From Macrostomum lignano (lineage: Eukaryota), in NCBI GenBank assembly GCA_002269645.1, contig NIVC01001814.1, positions 94,751 to 158,750 of the forward strand: a stretch of DNA of 64,000 nt, written 5' to 3'. Below, in pieces: positions 24,601-39,911 of this stretch. Every line of letters starts with the position of its first letter. Position 1 is the stretch's first letter. A program made the position numbers and the translations under genes. Under the pieces are notes generated by a model that made no database searches, was not told the DNA's origin, and was given only the letters and a program-made list of their open reading frames with translations.

Positions 24601-27600
24601 TCTGTGGTTGAGGCTGGACAAAGGGAGATGATGAAGATGGGCAACAGGAGAAGGCGGCGCTCATAAAAAGGGAGATGTTTGTAACTGAGGGCAGGCGGTG
24701 AAAGTCGGGTGGAATCAAGGAGGTGTCAAAATGATTTTTTCAACGGCAATGCAGCGGATCGCTTTTTAAAGCTCGAACTTCACAAATATGAAAATTCACA
24801 AATTCGAAACTTCACAAATTCGAAACTTCACAAATACGAAACTTCACAGAATTGAAACTTCACAAATTCGAAACTTCACAAATTCGAAACTTCACAAATT
24901 CGAAACTTCACAAATTCGAAACCTCACAAATTCGAAGCTTCACAGAATTGAAACTTCACAGAATTGAAACTTCACAAATTCGAAACTTCATAGAATCGAA
25001 TCTTTCGAAAAATCGAGAATTTCAATCCTGTCAAGCGCCCTTAATAACAAGCGCCTTCATCCCGGCTGATTAGGAAGATTGGACAGCTGACTGCCTGTTT
25101 GAAAATTTCATTGGGGGAAGGAGGATAGTCTACTCGTAGCTCTAGCGGCTGACCATGGAAATTCAATAGCCCCTTCCAAACCGCGTCTATCACAAAAATT
25201 TCAGCGGCAAGGGAAATGTGGGCCATGTGGGTGCAGGGTTGCAGCCTCCCGGCATTTCTACTGCAGAAATTGACAATAGGAAAAGTTTCGGGGGCACTTG
25301 AAGGGAAGGGCACTGGTGACCCGCCCTCATCCCGGCATTTTGCCTTCAATTTATAAACTATTGTTGATGATTGTCTCGGGGAAGTTAGAATGATTAATTA
25401 TTAATATTATGAAGCCGCTGCGGCCGTATGACAGCATTAAATATGTAGCTTTCTAATAAATTCTTCTGCTATAATTGATTTATGCCGGGCCAATTCATTT
25501 CCGTTCATATCAGAATGCATAGTCAGGCCTGTTTGTATGCTGTGGGGCGTATTGCGTAATCACTGATCTAATGGGATCCTTACCGAGCTGGGTTGCACCT
25601 GAGAAATGCGTATTTTGTAATTGGATTGGGTCCGGGGCGTCTCAGGTCACACCTCTTCCACTGCAGTCTTGGAGAGTTCTCCCCGATTCTATCTTGGTCA
25701 TTCTCCTCCGATTCTATCTTGGTCATTCTCCTCCGGTTCTATCTTGGTCATTCTCCTTCAATTCTATCTTGGTCATTCTCCTCCGGTTCTATCTTGGTCA
25801 TTCTCCTCCGGTTCTATCTTGGTCATTCTCCTCCGGTTCTATCTTGGTCATTCTCCTTCAATTCTATCTTGGTCATTCTCCTCCGATTCTATCTTGGTCA
25901 TTCTCCTTCAATTCTATCTTGGTCATTCTCCTCCAATTCTATCTTGGTCATTCTCCTCCGATTCTATCTTGGTCATTCTCCTCCGATTCTATCTTGGTCA
26001 TTCTCCTCCGGTTCTATCTTGGTCATTCTCCTTCAATTCTATCTTGGTCATTCTCCTCCAATTCTATCTTGGTCATTCTCCTCCGATTCTATCTTGGTCA
26101 TTCTCCTCCGATTCTATCTTGGTCATTCTCCTCCGGTTCTATCTTGGTCATTCTCCTTCAATTCTATCTTGGTCATTCTCCTCCGGTTCTATCTTGGTCA
26201 TTCTCCTCCGGTTCTATCTTGGTCATTCTCCTCCGGTTCTATCTTGGTCATTCTCCTTCAATTCTATCTTGGTCATTCTCCTCCGATTCTATCTTGGTCA
26301 TTCTCCTTCAATTCTATCTTGGTCATTCTCCTCCAATTCTATCTTGGTCATTCTCCTCCGATTCTATCTTGGTCATTCTCCTCCGATTCTATCTTGGTCA
26401 TTCTCCTCCGGTTCTATCTTGGTCATTCTCCTCCGATTCTATCTTGGTCATTCTCCTCCGGTTCTATCTTGGTCATTCTCCTCCGGTTCTATCTTGGTCA
26501 TTCTCCTCCGGTTCTGTCTTGGTCATTCTCCTCCGATTCTATCTTGGTCATTCTCCTCCGATTTTATCTTGGTCATTCTCCTCCGATTCTATCTTGGTCA
26601 TTCTCCTCCGGTTCTATCTTGGTCATTCTCCTCCGATTCTATCTTGGTCATTCTCCTCCGGTTCTATCTTGGTCATTCTCCTCCGATTCTATCTTGGTCA
26701 TTCTCCTCCGGTTCTATCTTGGTCATTCTTCTCCGATTCTATCTTGGTCATTCTCCTCCGATTCTATCTTGGTCATTCTCCTCCGATTCTATCTTGGTCA
26801 TTCTCCTCCGGTTCTATCTTGATCATTCTCCTTCAATTCTATCTTGGTCATTCTCCTTTCCGATTCTATCTTGGTCATTCTCCTCCGGTTCTATCTTGGT
26901 CATTCTCCTTCAATTCTATCTTGGTCATTCTCCTCCAATTCTATCTTGGTCATTCTCCTCCGATTCTATCTTGGTCATTCTCCTCCGATTCTATCTTGGT
27001 CATTCTCCTCCGGTTCTATCTTGGTCATTCTCCTTCAATTCTATCTTGGTCATTCTCCTCCGGTTCTATCTTGGTCATTCTCCTCCGGTTCTATCTTGGT
27101 CATTCTCCTCCGGTTCTATCTTGGTCATTCTCCTTCAATTCTATCTTGGTCATTCTCCTCCGGTTCTATCTTGGTCATTCTCCTTCAATTCTATCTTGGT
27201 CATTCTCCTTTCCGATTCTATCTTGGTCATTCTCCTCCGGTTCTATCTTGGTCATTCTCCTTCAATTCTATCTTGGTCATTCTCCTCCAATTCTATCTTG
27301 GTCATTCTCCTCCGATTCTATCTTGGTCATTCTCCTCCGATTCTATCTTGGTCATTCTCCTCCGGTTCTATCTTGGTCATTCTCCTTCAATTCTATCTTG
27401 GTCATTCTCCTCCGGTTCTATCTTGGTCATTCTCCTCCGGTTCTATCTTGGTCATTCTCCTCCGGTTCTATCTTGGTCATTCTCCTTCAATTCTATCTTG
27501 GTCATTCTCCTCCGATTCTATCTTGGTCATTCTCCTTCAATTCTATCTTGGTCATTCTCCTCCAATTCTATCTTGGTCATTCTCCTCCGATTCTATCTTG

Positions 27601-29001
27601 GTCATTCTCCTCCGATTCTATCTTGGTCATTCTCCTCCGGTTCTATCTTGGTCATTCTCCTCCGATTCTATCTTGGTCATTCTCCTCCGGTTCTATCTTG
27701 GTCATTCTCCTCCGGTTCTATCTTGGTCATTCTCCTCCGGTTCTGTCTTGGTCATTCTCCTCCGATTCTATCTTGGTCATTCTCCTCCGATTTATCTTGG
27801 TCATTCTCCTCCGATTCTATCTTGGTCATTCTCCTCCGGTTCTATCTTGGTCATTCTCCTCCGATTCTATCTTGGTCATTCTCCTCCGGTTCTATCTTGG
27901 TCATTCTCCTCCGATTCTATCTTGGTCATTCTCCTCCGGTTCTATCTTGGTCATTCTTCTCCGATTCTATCTTGGTCATTCTCCTCCGATTCTATCTTGG
28001 TCATTCTCCTCCGATTCTATCTTGGTCATTCTCCTCCGGTTCTATCTTGGTCATTCTCCTTCAATTCTATCTTGGTCATTCTCCTTTCCGATTCTATCTT
28101 GGTCATTCTCCTCCGGTTCTATCTTGGTCATTCTTCTTCAATTCTATCTTGGTCATTCTCCTCCAATTCTATCTTGGTCATTCTCCTCCGGTTCTATCTT
28201 GGTCATTCTCCTCCAATTCTATCTTGGTCATTCTCCTCCGGTTCTATCTTGGTCATTCTCCTCCAATTCTATCTTGGTCATTCTCCTCCGGTTCTATCTT
28301 GGTTATTCTCCTCCGGTTCTGTCTTGGTCATTCTCCTCCGGTTCTATCTTGGTCATTCTCCTCCGATTCTATCTTGGTCATTCTCCTCCAATTCTATCTT
28401 GGTCATTCTCCTCCGATTCTATCTTGGTCATTCTCCTTCAATTCTATCTTGGTCATTCTCCTCCGATTCTATCTTGGTCATTCTCCTCCGGTTCTATCTT
28501 GGTCATTCTCCTTCAATTCTATCTTGGTCATTCTCCTCCGGTTCTATCTTGGTCATTCTCCTCCGGTTCTATCTTGGTCATTCTCCTTCAATTCTATCTT
28601 GGTCATTCTCCTCCAATTCTATCTTGGTCATTCTCCTCCGGTTCTATCTTGGTCATTCTCCTCCAATTCTATCTTGGTCATTCTCCTCCAATTCTATCTT
28701 GGTCATTCTCCTCCAATTCTATCTTGGTCATTCTCCTCTCAGATTATATCTTGGTCATTCTCCTCCGGTTCTGTCTTGGTCATTCTCCTCCGGATCTATC
28801 TTGGTCATTCTCCATTCAATTCCATCCATCTACTCCAAACTCCCCGCTCCATCCACAGACTTGGCCAAGCAGGACTCAAAGAAGCTGCGCCTCATCACAG
28901 GCTCGCCGCTCGGAGCCGTCCCGAGCCTCCGACTGGTCGCAGCAGCCGCCGCCGTCGCTGCCACCGTGGTTCTGCTTCTAGCGTCGAATTCTGTCCAGTA
29001 G
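8164..29001 (+). CDS. Ephrin (Eph receptor ligand), signal peptide plus GPI-type C-terminus, 251 aa, 6 exons
   Basis: Exons are 8164-8303, 11876-11978, 12159-12318, 12470-12565, 15870-15983 and 28859-29001. All introns are GT-AG and phase-compatible (756 nt total). Motifs are IVYWNATSS, DRLVIVCP, EFYKIYW, AKC, LLEC, FSPIPDAPTF and GLEQLSGGACQQKHMRL, including all four ephrin cysteines. The tail is LVAAAAAVAATVVLLLASNSVQ*. The last two exons are less certain than the first four. Confidence 0.88.
12985..13012. repeat. (CT)n microsatellite
   Basis: Directly visible. Confidence 0.9.
14995..15857. repeat. 24-nt tandem array (cctcatcttcattctgatccacag), ~35 units, in ephrin intron 4
   Basis: Directly visible. 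It ends ~12 nt before the exon 5 acceptor. Confidence 0.97.
16600..16812 (+). mobile_element. tRNA-derived SINE-like element, copy 1
   Basis: B-box-like ggttcgattcg at ~16640. The body (ccccaaggcacag..tgtacatgtctgatg..agaaagtcagggctgctgtacaccctgtgtgagcgtgtg) matches the reverse complement of 50940-51025. Confidence 0.55.
18546..18716. repeat. Degenerate (GTTA)n microsatellite
   Basis: Directly visible. It is the inverse orientation of the 36877-39747 array. Confidence 0.9.
19851..19888. repeat. (CCCAAC)n microsatellite followed by a GCC-rich tract to ~19975
   Basis: Directly visible. Confidence 0.85.
21476..23358. repeat. 16-nt tandem array (atgatcccgatactc[t/c]), >110 units
   Basis: Directly visible. 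It contains a 533-bp internal duplication. Confidence 0.97.
24777..24995. repeat. 16-nt tandem array (aaattcgaaacttcac)
   Basis: Directly visible. Confidence 0.9.
25678..28815. repeat. 25-nt pyrimidine-rich tandem array (attctatcttggtcattctcctccg), ~125 units, in ephrin intron 5
   Basis: Directly visible. The unit has no stop codon on the + strand, which explains the >1000-aa pseudo-ORFs. Confidence 0.98.
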
Positions 29002-29139
29002 GTGTCCATGGAGATGTCGCTTTGCTTTATCTTAACTGTACCTGGCGTACCTGGCAAGTGTTGTGGCCGATTAGTCAGTCAGTGTCTGATTTCTGCGCAC
29101 CCATCGATTTTTATACTGGCTATGCACAGCTTCAGGAAT

Positions 29140-29530
29140 GTACGTCTTCAAGTGTACATCGATAATGTTTATCTTCATTAGTTCGAAGGCCATGTACTCG
29201 TACGTCTTCAAGTGTACACCGGCTATGTACATCTTTGATTGTACATCTTCAAGTGTACATCTTCAAGTGTACATCTTCAAGTGTACATCTTCAAGTGTAC
29301 ATCTTCAAGTGTACATCTTCAAGTATACATCTTCAAGTATACATCTTCAAGTGTACATCTTCAAGTGTACATCTTCAAGTGTACATCTTCAAGTGTACAT
29401 CTTCATGTGTACATCTTCAAGTGTATACCGGCAATGTACCTCTTCAAGTGTACACCCAACAATGTAACTCTTCAAGTGTACATCCAACAATGTACATCTT
29501 TAAGTGTACACCGACAATGTACATCTTCAG
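29140..29530. repeat. 14-nt tandem array (tcttcaagtgtaca)
   Basis: Directly visible, downstream of the ephrin stop. Confidence 0.9.
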
Positions 29531-30089
29531 AAGTGCAGTGTCTGAATAGCTTGCTCGTGGAGCAGTCCTGTTCATATCCCCAAGCGCCATCATCCCGAAC
29601 ACACTGGAGACTGACTGGCTGTCAGCTGTTTCCTGTCTCAACTTCGCGCTCACCCCCAGTCTCTCGCTGGTCTCCCGTTTGAGGCCGAGCATTTGGTTCA
29701 GAGTATTTGAGTCTGTCTGGACAAAAACTTTTTTCTGACTAAAATAGTCGAGCCATTGTTCATTGTTTGCAACCAGTGTGCTCTGCTTTCGTCCCTGAAC
29801 TTGTCTTTTTTAGAACAATTGGAGCAAATAGAGTTTTTTGGCTGTACTAACTTTTGTTGCAGCGATTTTGTTCTGTTAAAAAAATAATTCTAGACATTTA
29901 GGTTGTGATTATGAGCAGTTTTGTAATTTCGTGTTTTAATACTTTGCGCCACTTAAGCGTTTGCACTAACTTGTCCATTGTGTATGCAGTAAATTATGAG
30001 TTAGAATGATCAGGTGGGGGGCGATTTTTATTGGAGGACGCGCGTCTTTCAAGGCGCGCCTCTTCACTTAATAGGGCGCCACTTCTCAA

Positions 30090-30640
30090 AAGAAATGGCG
30101 CCTTTCCTCAAATGAAATGGTGCCTCTTCTCAAAAGAAATGGCGCCTCTCCCCAAATGAAATGGCGCCTCTCCTCAAAATGAAATGGCGCCTCTCCTCGA
30201 ATGAAATGGCGCCTCTCCCCAAATGAAATGGCACCTCTCCCCAAATGAAATGGCGCCTCTCCTCAAAATGAAATTGTGCCTCTCCTCAAAATGAAATGGC
30301 GCCTCTCCTCAAAATGAAATGGCGCCTCTCCTCAAAATGAAATGGCGCCTCTCCTCAAAATGAAATGGCGCCTCTCCTCAAATGAAATGGCGCCTCTCCT
30401 CAAAATGAAATGGCGCCTCTCCTCAAAATGAAATGGCGCCTCTCCTCAAAATAAAATGGCGCCTCTCCCCAAATGAAATGGCGCCTCTCCTTAACAAAAT
30501 AGCGCCTCTCCTCAAAATGAAATGGCGCCTCTCCTCAAAATGAAATGGCGCCTCTCCCCAAATGAAATGGCGCCTCTCCTCAATTGAAATGGCGCCTCTC
30601 CCAAATGAAATGGCGCCTCTCCCCAAATGAAATGGCACCC
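30090..30640. repeat. ~23-nt tandem array (aaatgaaatggcgcctctcctca)
   Basis: Directly visible. Each unit carries a GGCGCC palindrome. Confidence 0.93.
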
Positions 30641-31004
30641 CTGAAATGATTGCCGCTAGAGCAGAGCTTATTGTTATCTATGCTTATCGAGCTTAGGCCT
30701 CCTACCGAGACTTACAGAGTTAAGGCTGCTCACCACTTCTAAAAACTCAATCGATTTTTCGCACTAATTGCTTGTCTAATTGCTTTTTTATGTCAGTGTT
30801 TCCGTTCGCATATTTTCGGTCCTGACTGTTCCGTCAATAACTTGACTTGTCTTTCCTGTAAATAAACGCTTTGTGTTTTGCATTGAAATGAAAAAAATAT
30901 TGATTTTCTGAAAGCTCTGGGTGCTCTAGATCAGACTGGAGCACCTGGCACCTTGAGATGTTGGAATCTTGTCTTGCGCGTTTCCTATTAGGTGTGACAG
31001 GCTA

Positions 31005-31530
31005 GAAAGTGACAGACTAGAGAGTGGGTAGAGAGTGACAGAGTAGAGAGTGACAGACTAGAGAATGAAAGATGAGAGAATGCCAGAGTAGAGAGTGACA
31101 GACTAGAGAGTGACAGACTCGAGAGTGACAGGCTAGAGAGTGACGGACGAGAAAGTGACGTGATAGAGAGTGACAGACTAGAGAGTGACAGGATAGAGAG
31201 TGACAGACTAGAGAGTGACAGGCTAGAGAGTGACGGACGAGAAAGTGACGGGATAGAGAGTGACAGACTAGAGAGTGACAGACTAGAGAGTGACAGACTC
31301 GAGAGTGACAGACTAGAGAGTGACAGACTCGAGAGTGACAGACTCGAGAGTGACAGGCTAGAGAGTGACGGACGAGAAAGTGACAGGATAGAGAGTGACA
31401 GACTAGAGAGTGACAGACTCGAGAGTGACAGGCTAGAGAGTGACGGACGAGAAAGTGACAGGATAGAGAGTGATAGACCAAAGTGACAGACTAGAGAGTG
31501 ATAGAGTAGAGAATGACAGACGATAGTGAC
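31005..31530. repeat. 15-nt purine-rich tandem array (gagagtgacagacta)
   Basis: Directly visible. Confidence 0.92.
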
Positions 31531-32427
31531 AGACGAGGAGAGTGGCTTACTAGAAAAGGACAGACCAAAGAGTGACAGACAACAGTGTGACAGACTGGAA
31601 AGTGACTTTATTACTTAGGATTGCCAGTCCGAACAGAGGCAGAACAGTGAGTGACCCGAATTCGGTTGTAAAGCAGGTTGGCAACTGTTCAATTTTCTCT
31701 TCGGTTAAGGCTAAGTAGAAAATGTAAAAGTGTTTACGAGGCACAAAATGTTAGTTAACCTACAAGGAGGATAGTTGCCCAACCATTCGAGACAAGCAAC
31801 TTCGTTAGGGGCTTCTCAATGCCCTGACAAAGAAGCTACTCATGAAAGAAATCGCTGCAGCTGCTCACTAGCTAAATGGCTTCCACCGTCTCTGGGGAGG
31901 GCGGCTGCCGGTAGACTTCCTAAGCGAGGAAAAGTGTATGGAGGAATGGATAGGGAGGGCGCACATTAATCTGCACGCATGGCTTGCCCCTTTGCCCGCT
32001 CGGCTGTTTAATACGGAGCCTAAATAACGAGCTGGCAGACTTTGCGATAAGCGCCTGCCCTCCCCCCCCCTGCGGCAGCATCGCGTGGTGACAAAATTTC
32101 GCGCTCAACTCTCTGCCTTGCCTTCTTCGAGATGCCACAGGCCGCGAGGACGCGAAGCCTCACGCGAGTTTTTAATCCGCTTCTGATCTTCTTCAACCTC
32201 CACCAACTCGCGCCCACCCCCCCCGTTTGAGCAATGCCTGCAACGGATCAAAGCTTGTTTCTTAGAAAAATTTCCGGCTTCGGCAGAGAATGACTTTGTG
32301 ACTCAGTAATGAAAATTAATTAATTTCTGCTTGCAAGTGCCTGGCAGTTGCTTCTAGTTTAACTGCATGCTCGACTTTGTCTTTGCCACTTCTTGAGAAG
32401 GAGAACCTCTGCAAATCCCCGTGACTA

Positions 32428-32900
32428 TGACCCACACTGTTCCTGACCCACACTGTTCCTGACCCACACTGTTCCTGACCCATACTGTTCCTGACCCACA
32501 CTGTTCCTGACCCACACTGTTCCTGACCCACACTGTTCCTGACCCACACTGTTCCTGACCCACACTGTTCCTGACCCACACTGTTCCTGACCCATACTGT
32601 TCCTGACCCACACTGTTCCTGACCCACACTGTTCCTGACCCACACTGTTCCTGACCCATTATATTCCTGACCTATTTTATTCCTGACCTATTTTATTCCT
32701 GACCTATTATATTCCTGACCCATTATATTCCTGCCCCATTTATTCCTGACCCATTTATTCCTGACCCATTATATTCCTGACCCATTATATTCCTGACCCA
32801 TTTATTCCTGACCCATTATATTCCTGACCCATTATATTCCTGACCCATTGAGTTCCTGACCCATTTTATTCCTGACCCACTTTAGTCCTGACCAATTGAG
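32428..32900. repeat. 16-nt tandem array (tgttcctgacccacac) grading into a ttattcctgaccc variant
   Basis: Directly visible. Confidence 0.92.
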
Positions 32901-33511
32901 TTCCTGACTTTTCCTGCTTTTAAGCCTCTTCGGCCCACCTGTTCGAGGAAAATCGCCCCAGACAACCCATTTATTGTACTCTGTTGGGAATACAGCCGAC
33001 CGCATCCCATCCACCGGCCCCATCTTGCCTCAAACTTTTAATCCAGAGTTTATTTTTGCATTTCATCTTTTAGTGGAAGATTTCGAATAAAAAATGAGAA
33101 ATTAGACGATTTTGGGATCGGAGCTGGACAGGTGCAGGCCTCCCAGGTTGGGGAATTCAAGACTCCCCGCTAATGGGATTTCTCGATCTCCCCGATGCCA
33201 ATGTCTGTATCAGCAACTGTCTGCGCGTGTTTATATAGAGAGGGACGGAGAGGGGGCTGGGGTCCTGATCCCCTAGCCGCATTGCGGAGCCCGACAAAGG
33301 CTGAAGGGATATTTTGCAGCCATTATCCCAAACCCATCATGCAGAAAAAGTAACCCTTGCTAATCGCCATCGAAATCGCTTATTTCCGTCTCTACGGATG
33401 TCATGGGCTGTCAGGCCTGCACTACTACCGGCTGTGCACTGTTCTGCCTTGAGCCTCCTTCGTTCTGAAACAGGCAATTCCAGTTTGTCCGACAGCAGGC
33501 TCTCGTATCTC

Positions 33512-35315
33512 CTCAATGTCAGATCCCAGATCCTCAATGTCAGATTCCAGATCCTCAATGTCAGATTCCAGATCCTCAATGTCAGATCCCAGATCCTCAA
33601 TGTCAGATTCCAGATCCTCAATGTCAGATCCTAGATCCTCAATGTCAGATTCCCGATCCTCAATGTCAGATTCCAGATCCTCAATGTCAGATCCTAGATC
33701 CTCAATTTCAGATCACAGATCCTCAATTTCAGATCACAGATCCTCAGTGTTAGGTCCCAAAAAAGTCTATGTCAGACCCCAGATCTTAGATCCTCAATGT
33801 CAGATCACAGATCCTCAATGTCAGATCCCAGATCCTCACTGTTAGGTCCCAAAAAAGTCTATGTCAGACCCCAGATCCTCAAAGTCAGATCCCAGATCCT
33901 CAGTGTTAGATCCCAGATCACCTGTCTTTCTCAAATTTTAACTTGATTTCTAAAGTTAACATTCATATTTTTCAGAGTTTGAAGAAGGGCTTCCGCTAAG
34001 CCAGTTCAATCGAAACGCTTTGCTAGCAAACATGAATCACCGCCAGGCCGCAGGGAGACTGTAGCATTTTGGCCGGGTTCGAGCCATCCGGTGTGTCTTT
34101 CGAATGCTGCTAGAAGGATTTTTATAATTGAAAAGCTTTGGCTTAGGTATTCTTTTGCTGGAAATTGAGAGAATAACAGAAACTATAACTTCGCAATTCG
34201 ATGGGAAAGGAATCAAAGTTTGGAGTAATAAAATGTTACAAAAATGGCATCCTAAATCCCTTACTATTGTAGAACACATCTTCAGATCCCAGATCCGCAA
34301 TGACAGGTCCCAGATCCCTCAGGTCCCAGATCCCTCAGGTCCCAGATCCCTCAGGTCCCAGATCCCTCAGGTCCCAGATCCCTCAGGTCCCAGATCCCTC
34401 AGGTCCCAGATCCCTCAGGTCCCAGATCCCTCAGGTCCCAGATCCCTCAGGTCCCAGATCCCTCAGGTCCCAGATCCCTCAGGTCCCAGATCCCTCAGGT
34501 CCCAGATCCCTCAGGTCCCAGATCCCTCAGGTCCCAGATCCCTCAGGTCCCAGATCCCTCAGGTCCCAGATCCCTCAGGTCCCAGATCCCTCAGGTCCCA
34601 GATCCCTCAGGTCCCAGATCCCTCAGGTCCCAGATCCCTCAGGTCCCAGATCCCTCAGGTCCCAGATCCCTCAGGTCCCAGATCCCTCAGGTCCCAGATC
34701 CCTCAGGTCCCAGATCCTCACTGACAGGTCCCAAATCCTCCCAGATCTCTCAGGTCCCAGATCCTCGTTGACAGGTCCCAGATCCCTTAGGTCCCAGATT
34801 CTCGCTGACAGGTCCCAGATCCCTTAGGTCCCAGATCCTCGCTGAAAGGTCCCAGGTCCCTCAGGTACCAGATCCTCGCTGACAGGTCCCAGATCCCTCA
34901 GGTCCCAGATCCTCGCTGACAGGTCCCAGATCCCTCAGGTCCCAGATCCTCGCTGACAGGTCCCAGATCCCTCAGGTCCCAGATCCTCGCTGACAGGTCC
35001 CAGATCCTCGCTGACAGGTCCCAGATCCCTCAGGTCCCAGATCCTCGCTGACAGGTCCCAGATCCCTCAGGTCCCAGATCCTCGCTGACAGGTCCCAGAT
35101 CCCTCAGGTCCCAGATCCTCGCTGACAGGTCCCAGATCCCTCAGATCCCAGATCCTCGCTGACAGGTCCCAGATCCCTCAGGTCCCAGATCCTCGCTGAC
35201 AGGTCCCAGATCCCTCAGGTCCCAGATCCTCGCTGACAGGTCCCAGATCCCTCAGGTCCCAGATCCTCGCTGACAGGTCCCAGATCCCTCAGGTCCCAGA
35301 TCCCTCAGATCTCAA
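33512..35315. repeat. Related cagatc-containing arrays: 21-nt (33512-33925), and 16-nt plus 37-nt composite (34300-35315)
   Basis: Directly visible. Confidence 0.92.
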
Positions 35316-35792
35316 ATTGTTTAGAGATCCCAAATCACTCAGAGATCCCTAATGTATTAAATCTACATTTTCAAGCAACTAGAAGATTTTTTCTCTCCTC
35401 AAGAAAACAATAACTTCAATCAACTACTTAAAGTAGACTGTCTTGAATATAATTTTCAAAGAATCCAACACCCTGAGATTAAAGGTTTTTTGTTATGAGA
35501 AATTTCCTGCCGAAATTGAAGACTTAGATGAATTTTCTTTTAATTAAGCCCGCCTCATCACTACCTGCATCTGTAGCGAGAGCAAAAGACGAGATAAACA
35601 GAAAATTCAATTTAATCTAAACGGGAGCCCGCGAATGCCCTTGAGACGGGAGCATCTTGCTTGCCTGATATGAGCATTTTCTCAAAAGACTGAGACGCAG
35701 CTGCTCTGATGGCTAATTATAGTTGGTTCTTTCGAAATCACGCAACCATAACAACAAACTTGATGATGGTTTGGACTTTTTGCTGATGAGTA

Positions 35793-36295
35793 CACTGGGT
35801 AGAGTAGAGTAGACTGGGTAGAGTAGAGCAGACTGGGTAGAGTAGAGTAGACTAGGTGGAGTAGAGTAGACTAGGTGGAGTAAAGTAGACTAGGTGGAGT
35901 AGAGTAGACTAGGTGGAGTAGAGTAGACTAGGTGGAGTAGAGTAGACTAGGTGGAGTAGAGTAGACTAAGTGGAGTAGAGTAGACTAGGTGGAGTAGAGC
36001 AGACTGGGTAGAGTAGAGTAGACTAGGTGGAGTAGAGTAGACTAGGTGGAGTAAAGTAGACTAGGTGGAGTAGAGTAGACTAGGTGGAGTAGAGTAGACT
36101 AGGTGGAGTAGAGTAGACTAAGTGGAGTAGAGTAGACTAAGTGGAGTAGAGTAGACTAGGTGGAGTAGAGTAGACTATGTGGAGTAGAGTAGACTAGGTG
36201 GAGTAGAGTAGACTAAGTGGAGTAGAGTAGACTAGGTGGAGTAGAGTAGACTAGATGGAATAGAGTTGACTAAGTGGAGTAGAGTAGAGTAGAGT
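35793..36295. repeat. 19-nt tandem array (gtggagtagagtagactag)
   Basis: Directly visible. Confidence 0.93.
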
Positions 36296-36873
36296 GGCGT
36301 CAGAGTCAGGTTCCGGCAGACTCGGTCCCGCCAGAGCAGTTGATGAAGTGCTCAGAGCGGCAGAACGGCGGGGACTCAAAGCCGCTTATCTCCAGCAGGC
36401 AGGCGGCTCACCGATGAGCTGCACTAATGATTTAGGACTCTTGCAAGCTATGAAAGTCAGCGGCGAGGTAGGGAAGGCAGAAAGAGCTGTGTCGGGCACT
36501 GCTCAGTGAGCTGATCGCCTGCACTCCTTCGTGCCTTTTGTCAACGAATCTCCCTTATTAATGCTTGAACAGCCGCTGCCGGGAAGTATTTCTCATTAAT
36601 TAGCAGGACAGAGTTAATCCCTTTGTGTTTTTGTACTTGTGTACGCGGCAACTACAAGCCACTGCAGGGAAAGACATTCGAGATCAGTGGCATTCTGCAA
36701 ATTGTGAAGACCATTGGCGGGGCTGGGTGTCGGAGCGCCAGAGTCGCCCCGGGTTCGATTCTGCGCTCACGGTTAGGGTTCGTGCGCCGAAATTCGGACC
36801 TCCGCGATTCGCGTCCATGAGGGCCAACCCCCAAGGCAAGGAGAGATGCCCGAAATTCGAAAATCAGTTAGTT

Positions 36874-39747
<2,874 letters not shown>

Positions 39748-39911
39748 AGCTGGCATCCCCAGCTCTGGCAGTCGGCCAATCCCAATTCGAGTCGGTTTCT
39801 ATTGGTCCTCGGACCCGAGCACTTCAACAAGTGTATTTAACGTATCTTTTTCTCCTTCCGCCCACTGCCGGCAAGAGAACTTCCAGCCAAGTCTGGGGAA
39901 ATTTGTTCGAC

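Noticed and set aside
24777-24995. Heat-shock element array (GAAnnTTC)
   Set aside because: Only two properly spaced pentamers per unit and no third in register. It is deep inside an intron.
25571-29165. Four overlapping 400-1136-aa ORFs (SILVILLRFYLGHSPP..)
   Set aside because: The 25-nt unit has no + strand stop, so all three frames are open with the same rotating peptide. The region lies in the ephrin intron.
32132-32300. Alternative GPCR first exon (MPQAARTR..EQCLQRI)
   Set aside because: In-frame stop after the C8 run and a poor signal peptide. 39912-39974 is a much better signal exon with a consensus donor.
36700-36790. tRNA gene
   Set aside because: Only a B-box-like motif, with no full cloverleaf. 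Better explained as a SINE head.
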